From a cyanobacterium endosymbiont of Braarudosphaera bigelowii (GTDB lineage: Bacteria; Cyanobacteriota; Cyanobacteriia; Cyanobacteriales; Microcystaceae), in NCBI RefSeq assembly GCF_020885515.1, contig NZ_AP024987.1, positions 1,080,001 through 1,112,000 on the forward strand: DNA of 32,000 nucleotides, written 5' to 3'. The notes below the pieces were generated by a model. That model had not been told where the DNA came from, did not search any database, and saw only the letters and a program-made list of their open reading frames with translations. Position numbers and translations under genes: made by a program. Shown here one piece after another: positions 27,246-32,000 of this stretch; position 1 is the first letter of the stretch, and every line of letters starts with the position of its first letter.

Positions 27246-27761
27246 ATAAAAATAACTTTCTCAGTACACTATTTGATAAATAAAAAGAATTACTCAAAAT
27301 AGTTTCTTACTTCTGAATATGATTAAGTCAATATAAAGAAATGAAATTATCAATTACTAGTACAATATAACAATCTCTAATAATTTGAGAACTATAAATA
27401 ATACCAAGTCTTATAAACTTACTAAGTATAAAAATTAATATCGATATTGTGAAAATAACTTTCTAGCTGGGAGTTCACTTGTCATAATAAATAATCTCAT
27501 AACTCTTTGTTATTGAATATTTTTAATATTTTTACCTAATTCTTACTAAGATTGGTTTTAAAATCTGAAATTATTTTCAAAACCAGGGCAAAAAGAAAAT
27601 TAGTTTTATCAATAAAATGATTAATGCAAAAGGATGCAACTTCTCTACATTATCGAAGTGGAAAAAAATATTAATTTCTAATCTCTAATCGTATTAGCCA
27701 TACTGAAATTCTTATGATATGGCACAATCTAATTAAAAATAAATAATTATTAATATTTTAA

Positions 27762-30488
27762 ATGACTGCAAACATATTTGAATTATCAACCAAATACGAC
27801 CCTAAGTTAACAGAGGCTAAGTGGCAAAAAGCTTGGGAAATTCATCAAATATTCAAAGCCAACACAATAGAAAAAGAAAAAATTTTCTGTATGGTTATTC
27901 CTCCTCCAAATGTTACAGGTAGTCTTCATATGGGCCATGCATTTGAGGATTGCTTAATGGATGTATTGGTCCGTTATCATCGAATGAATGGAAAAAATAC
28001 GTTATGCCTTCCTGGAACTGATCATGCCAGCATTGCAGTTCATAGTATTCTGGATAAACAATTAAAAAAAGAAGAAAAAACTCGCTATGATATCGGACGC
28101 GAGAATTTTCTTGAGCGAGCTTGGGAATGGAAAAAATCATCAGGAGGCAAAATAGTAAGTCAATTAAAACAAGTTGGCTTATCTGCTGACTGGTCGAGAG
28201 AGCGTTTTACTCTAGACAAAGGATTATCAAAAGCAGTTAAAACTGCTTTTATAAAATTATATGAAGCAGGACTAATCTATAGAGGTAACTATCTAATTAA
28301 TTGGTGTCCTGCTTCTTTATCAGCAGTATCAGACTTAGAAGTAGAAAATAAAGAAGTTAAAGGAAATTTATGGTACTTTCGCTATCCTTTAAAAGATAGT
28401 AGCGGCTATCTAGACGTTGCGACTACTAGGCCTGAAACTATTTTAGGTGATACTGGAGTAGCCGTTCATCCTGATGATGAACGGTATCAAAACTTAATTG
28501 GAAAAACTTTAATATTGCCTATTGTAGGCCGAGAAATATTAATAGTCGCAGATGAATCAGTTGATTCAAAGTTTGGAACTGGGTCTGTAAAAATAACTCC
28601 TGCTCATGATCCTAATGACTTTGCAATAGGTAGTCGCCATAACTTACCTTTTATTAATATTCTTAATAAAGATGGCAGCCTAAACGAAAATGCAGGAGAA
28701 TTTCAGGGACAAGATCGCTACGAAGCTCGTAAAAATATTGTTACAAGATTAGAAAAAGATGGATTTTTAGTTAAAGTTGAAGATCATTATCATTCAGTTC
28801 CATATAGTGATCGTGGTAAAGTGCCTATTGAACCATTACTTTCTACACAGTGGTTTGTAAAAATTAAACCACTGTCTGAGAAAGCACTTAAATTTCTAGA
28901 CGAAGATAATTCACCCCGCTTTATTCCTGACAGATGGACAAAAGTTTATCGAGATTGGTTAGTAAATTTGAAAGATTGGTGTATTTCACGTCAGCTGTGG
29001 TGGGGACATCAAATACCAGCATGGTATGTAATTAGTCAAACTAATGGAACTATAACTGATGGGACGCCTTTTATTGTAGCTTATGATAAAGAGGAAGCTT
29101 TAAGAAAAGCGCATAAGGACTATGGAAGTGATGTCATATTGGAGCAGGATCCTGATGTTTTAGATACTTGGTTTTCATCAGGTTTATGGCCTTTCTCTAC
29201 GTTAGGTTGGCCAGAAAATACAGAAGACTTTGCTACTTACTACCCTACAAGTACCCTTGTTACTGGATTTGATATTATTTTCTTTTGGGTAGCAAGAATG
29301 ACTATGATGGCAGGATATTTTACAAACAAGATGCCTTTCAAAGATGTCTATATTCATGGACTGGTGAGAGATGAGAATGGTAAAAAAATGTCTAAATCTT
29401 CTAATAATGGAATAGATCCATTAATTCTAATAGACAAATATGGTACGGATGCACTTCGTTATACTTTAATCAAGGAAGTTGCGGGAGCTGGTCAAGATGT
29501 AACCCTGCAATATAATAGAGAAACTAATGAATCTGAATCTGTAGAAGCATCTAGGAACTTTGCAAATAAATTGTGGAATGCTGCGAGATTTGTAATAATT
29601 AATTTGCAAGAAGACATTCGAAATGATATCGGAACTCTTAATCCTGAATATTTGGATTTGGCTGACTATTGGATATTATCAAGATTTCAAAAAGTAACAG
29701 AACAAACTATTAACGATATAAATAATTACGGTCTAGGTGAGGCAGCTAAAGGATTATATGATTTTGTTTGGAGTGGCTTTTGTGACTCATATATCGAATT
29801 AGTAAAATCTCGATTATTAGAAAATTCAGATTCTTCTTTAGGTGCCCAGCAAACTTTGGCATATGTTTTGGACGGAATATTAAAATTACTTCATCCATTT
29901 ATGCCCCATATTACGGAGGAAATTTGGCAAACATTGACACAAAGGAATAAAGAGTTTATAGCTTTACAAGCATACCCCAAGCCTGATTTAAATTATGTAA
30001 ATAAAGATTTAGAAAATCTCTTTGATTTATTATTTGATGTGATTAAAACTATTCGTAATTTACGTGCTGAATTAGATATCAAACCTAAAACAAAAACCTT
30101 TGTTATATTACAGAGCGAAAGTAATACAACACAAGATACTTTGAGAATAGGTCAAAAATATATTCAAGATTTAGGGAAGACAAGTAATATAACTATTGTT
30201 TCTAAAGTAGAAGCAAAAACAGAGCAAGTATTTACTGGAGTAATAAGAAATATACAGGTTTTAATCCCATTATCAGGAGTAGTTGATATTGTCCTTCTTC
30301 GTCAAAAATTAGAAAAAAACTTAAATAAGATAGAAAACGAAGCCAATATCCTAACACAGCGCTTAGATAATTCTAAATTTATTCTAAAAGCTCCTAAGGA
30401 AGTAGTTCAAGGAGCAAGAGATGCCCTTGAAGAAGCCAAGCAACAGACCTTTATTTTACGAGAACGTCTTCAACACTTGCATGAGTAG
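27762..30488 (+). CDS. valS: Valyl-tRNA synthetase
   Basis: 908 aa. HIGH-type motif [19 protein letters not shown] motif, editing-domain [19 protein letters not shown] and a C-terminal coiled-coil are present. Confidence 0.98.
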   Translation: MTANIFELSTKYDPKLTEAKWQKAWEIHQIFKANTIEKEKIFCMVIPPPNVTGSLHMGHAFEDCLMDVLVRYHRMNGKNTLCLPGTDHASIAVHSILDKQLKKEEKTRYDIGRENFLERAWEWKKSSGGKIVSQLKQVGLSADWSRERFTLDKGLSKAVKTAFIKLYEAGLIYRGNYLINWCPASLSAVSDLEVENKEVKGNLWYFRYPLKDSSGYLDVATTRPETILGDTGVAVHPDDERYQNLIGKTLILPIVGREILIVADESVDSKFGTGSVKITPAHDPNDFAIGSRHNLPFINILNKDGSLNENAGEFQGQDRYEARKNIVTRLEKDGFLVKVEDHYHSVPYSDRGKVPIEPLLSTQWFVKIKPLSEKALKFLDEDNSPRFIPDRWTKVYRDWLVNLKDWCISRQLWWGHQIPAWYVISQTNGTITDGTPFIVAYDKEEALRKAHKDYGSDVILEQDPDVLDTWFSSGLWPFSTLGWPENTEDFATYYPTSTLVTGFDIIFFWVARMTMMAGYFTNKMPFKDVYIHGLVRDENGKKMSKSSNNGIDPLILIDKYGTDALRYTLIKEVAGAGQDVTLQYNRETNESESVEASRNFANKLWNAARFVIINLQEDIRNDIGTLNPEYLDLADYWILSRFQKVTEQTINDINNYGLGEAAKGLYDFVWSGFCDSYIELVKSRLLENSDSSLGAQQTLAYVLDGILKLLHPFMPHITEEIWQTLTQRNKEFIALQAYPKPDLNYVNKDLENLFDLLFDVIKTIRNLRAELDIKPKTKTFVILQSESNTTQDTLRIGQKYIQDLGKTSNITIVSKVEAKTEQVFTGVIRNIQVLIPLSGVVDIVLLRQKLEKNLNKIENEANILTQRLDNSKFILKAPKEVVQGARDALEEAKQQTFILRERLQHLHE

Positions 30489-30531
30489 TTTGTTATCAAT
30501 AATCAATTTATTGATTATTGATAACAAACTA
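30486..30531 (+). terminator. 21-bp perfect hairpin whose 5' arm starts with the valS stop codon
   Basis: TAGTTTGTTATCAATAATCAA (30486-30506), loop TTTA, TTGATTATTGATAACAAACTA (30511-30531). This is an exact reverse complement. Confidence 0.65.
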
Positions 30532-30701
30532 TATATAAAATCTTACTTGTAAATTATTTTATCGATAAACTGATGTAATATTTTTTGATGCTAGATTAGA
30601 AAATAAAACAGAATGTAAAAATAATAATTACTATTTGACGTGATTCTAAAAAATATATTATGAATAGTAAATTCTAATACATCTATACAATAAAAGAGTT
30701 A

Positions 30702-31244
30702 ATGAAAATTGATAGGAATCAAAAATTAAAAACGTTATCAGGGCAAATGATAAGGCCTACTTCTTCAAAAGTAAAAGAAGCGTTATTTAATATTTGGCAA
30801 GGTAAAATCACAGGATCTTGTTTACTAGATTTATGTGCAGGAAATGGAACAATAGGTTATGAAGCTCTTTGTAGAGGTGCGACCCTAGTGGTCGGAATTG
30901 AAAAATACGGAAAAGCTTGTGCAATTATTAATACAAATTGGCTAAAACTTTCGAATTCTGAGCAAGATTTTAAGGTAATAAAGGGTGATGCTTTAAAAAG
31001 TCTGAACAATTTAAAGGAACAACAATTTAATTTTATTTACTTTGATCCTCCTTATAGGAGCAACTTATATCAACCTGTTCTTGAATTAATTGCAAGAACA
31101 AATATCTTAGCTAAAGATGGAGAAGTTGCTGTAGAACACGATCCAAGACTATGGAAAGCAAAAGAAATAAAAAGATTAAAAATTATAAAGGAGAAGCATT
31201 ATGGAAACACTAATTTAACTTTTTATCAGTCAAGTTTAGATTGA
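30702..31244 (+). CDS. rsmD: 16S rRNA (guanine966-N2)-methyltransferase RsmD
   Basis: 180 aa. RPTSSKVKEALFNIW, the LDLCAGNG SAM-binding motif and the DPPY catalytic motif are present. Confidence 0.88.
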   Translation: MKIDRNQKLKTLSGQMIRPTSSKVKEALFNIWQGKITGSCLLDLCAGNGTIGYEALCRGATLVVGIEKYGKACAIINTNWLKLSNSEQDFKVIKGDALKSLNNLKEQQFNFIYFDPPYRSNLYQPVLELIARTNILAKDGEVAVEHDPRLWKAKEIKRLKIIKEKHYGNTNLTFYQSSLD

Positions 31245-31666
31245 AAAGAGCAAAGTTTTGATTTAGTCTAAATTTTATTTAATAATATAAATGATATATT
31301 CAAGAAGTGAAATATAAATAAATTATTGTTTCAAAAATTCTAATCTACAAAGGGTTATAAGAAAATTTAGGAAACACTTTGTTCTTGTATTCTAATTAAT
31401 GGGAAACAGAAAAATGATAAAAATAAATGATTAAGAACTAGAGTAATAGTACTGTTTAAGTACATATTTATTGTAGATCTATATAAACTCAATCTAGATA
31501 AGATAAGTTAGTTCGTTTTGACCGAAATACTTTATATCTTGACTTATATAAGCTAATTATTGCAGTAATTAGTAAAATCTTTTTTCTTACACATCAATAA
31601 AAGAATTTTTGATTAAAAATTAAAAATGAAAATAAACTAAAAGAATACACAATAGACAAGAATAAA

Positions 31667-32000
31667 ATGAGAACAAATATTCTTTCAGCTGAAAAAATAA
31701 GACAAGTATTAACTCGTTTAGCCTCTCAAGTAATTGAAAAATCGGGAAACTTATCCGATATTGTACTGTTGGGAGTTCATACTAGAGGAGTCCCTCTAGC
31801 TTTTATGTTGGCTCAGCAAATAGAAATATTGGAAGATTTTAAGGTTCCTGTTGGTTCTATAGATATTACTTTTTATAGAGACGATTTAGATAGAATCAGA
31901 ACGAGAACTCCGGCTAAGGCTATGTTTTCTTTCGATATAACCGGAAAGACTGTAATTTTAGTTGATGATGTTATCTATAAAGGAAGAACAATTCGTGCTG
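31667..32000 (+). CDS. pyrR: PyrR (pyrimidine operon regulator / uracil phosphoribosyltransferase), N-terminal part; the gene runs off the window
   Basis: Hand translation from ATG 31667 gives [53 protein letters not shown]...[11 protein letters not shown]...[19 protein letters not shown]. This contains the PRPP-binding motif and the PyrR signature. Confidence 0.88.
   Translation, partial: MRTNILSAEKIRQVLTRLASQVIEKSGNLSDIVLLGVHTRGVPLAFMLAQQIEILEDFKVPVGSIDITFYRDDLDRIRTRTPAKAMFSFDITGKTVILVDDVIYKGRTIRA

Noticed and set aside
1-32000. Search for CRISPR arrays, tRNA/rRNA genes, IS elements/transposases/integrases, toxin-antitoxin or other defence modules, and NtcA-type GTA-N8-TAC sites upstream of nif genes
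   Set aside because: I found none by eye. No spaced direct-repeat arrays are present, and no spacer contains GC-rich cloverleaf-like segments. Every ORF over 100 aa has a housekeeping or nif assignment or is a lone hypothetical. The NtcA-site scan was partial and manual, so absence is not proven.

Overview
The window is AT-rich cyanobacterial DNA with short genes and no mobile elements. Its first ~13 kb is a contiguous, apparently intact nitrogen-fixation cluster on the + strand: nifH (3' end), nifD, nifK, nifE, nifN, nifX, a DUF683/Rop-like gene, nifW, hesA, hesB, fdxH, a Cys-rich ORF, a fused modBC molybdate transporter and a 2x[4Fe-4S] ferredoxin (fdxB-like). The rest is housekeeping: a LON-domain protein, pmbA/tldD-family protease, ycf19/yggT, mreBCD, ssb, psaF-psaJ (psaJ is below the ORF-track cutoff and was found by eye), a COG0523 GTPase, coaX, an Opp/Dpp-type permease, an IMPDH-family protein, valS, rsmD and the 5' end of pyrR. 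An intact nif cluster with intact photosystem I genes, low GC and Cyanothece/Crocosphaera-like gene order fits a genome-reduced diazotroph of the UCYN-A (Candidatus Atelocyanobacterium thalassa) type. That is a best guess from memory and was not searched. I saw no tRNA, rRNA, CRISPR array, transposase, integrase or recognisable defence or toxin system, and no convincing evidence of a new multi-gene system. The features worth a second look are mostly non-coding. Two GC-rich purine/pyrimidine hairpins bracket nifK and share an 11-mer. A 610-bp ORF-free gap sits where relatives, as I recall, carry a DUF269 gene. Several long perfect hairpins lie in intergenic regions, some abutting stop codons and some in divergent promoter regions where a terminator role does not fit. 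TGTTAT/ATAACA half-sites cluster upstream of nifE. There are also a few small uncharacterised ORFs.
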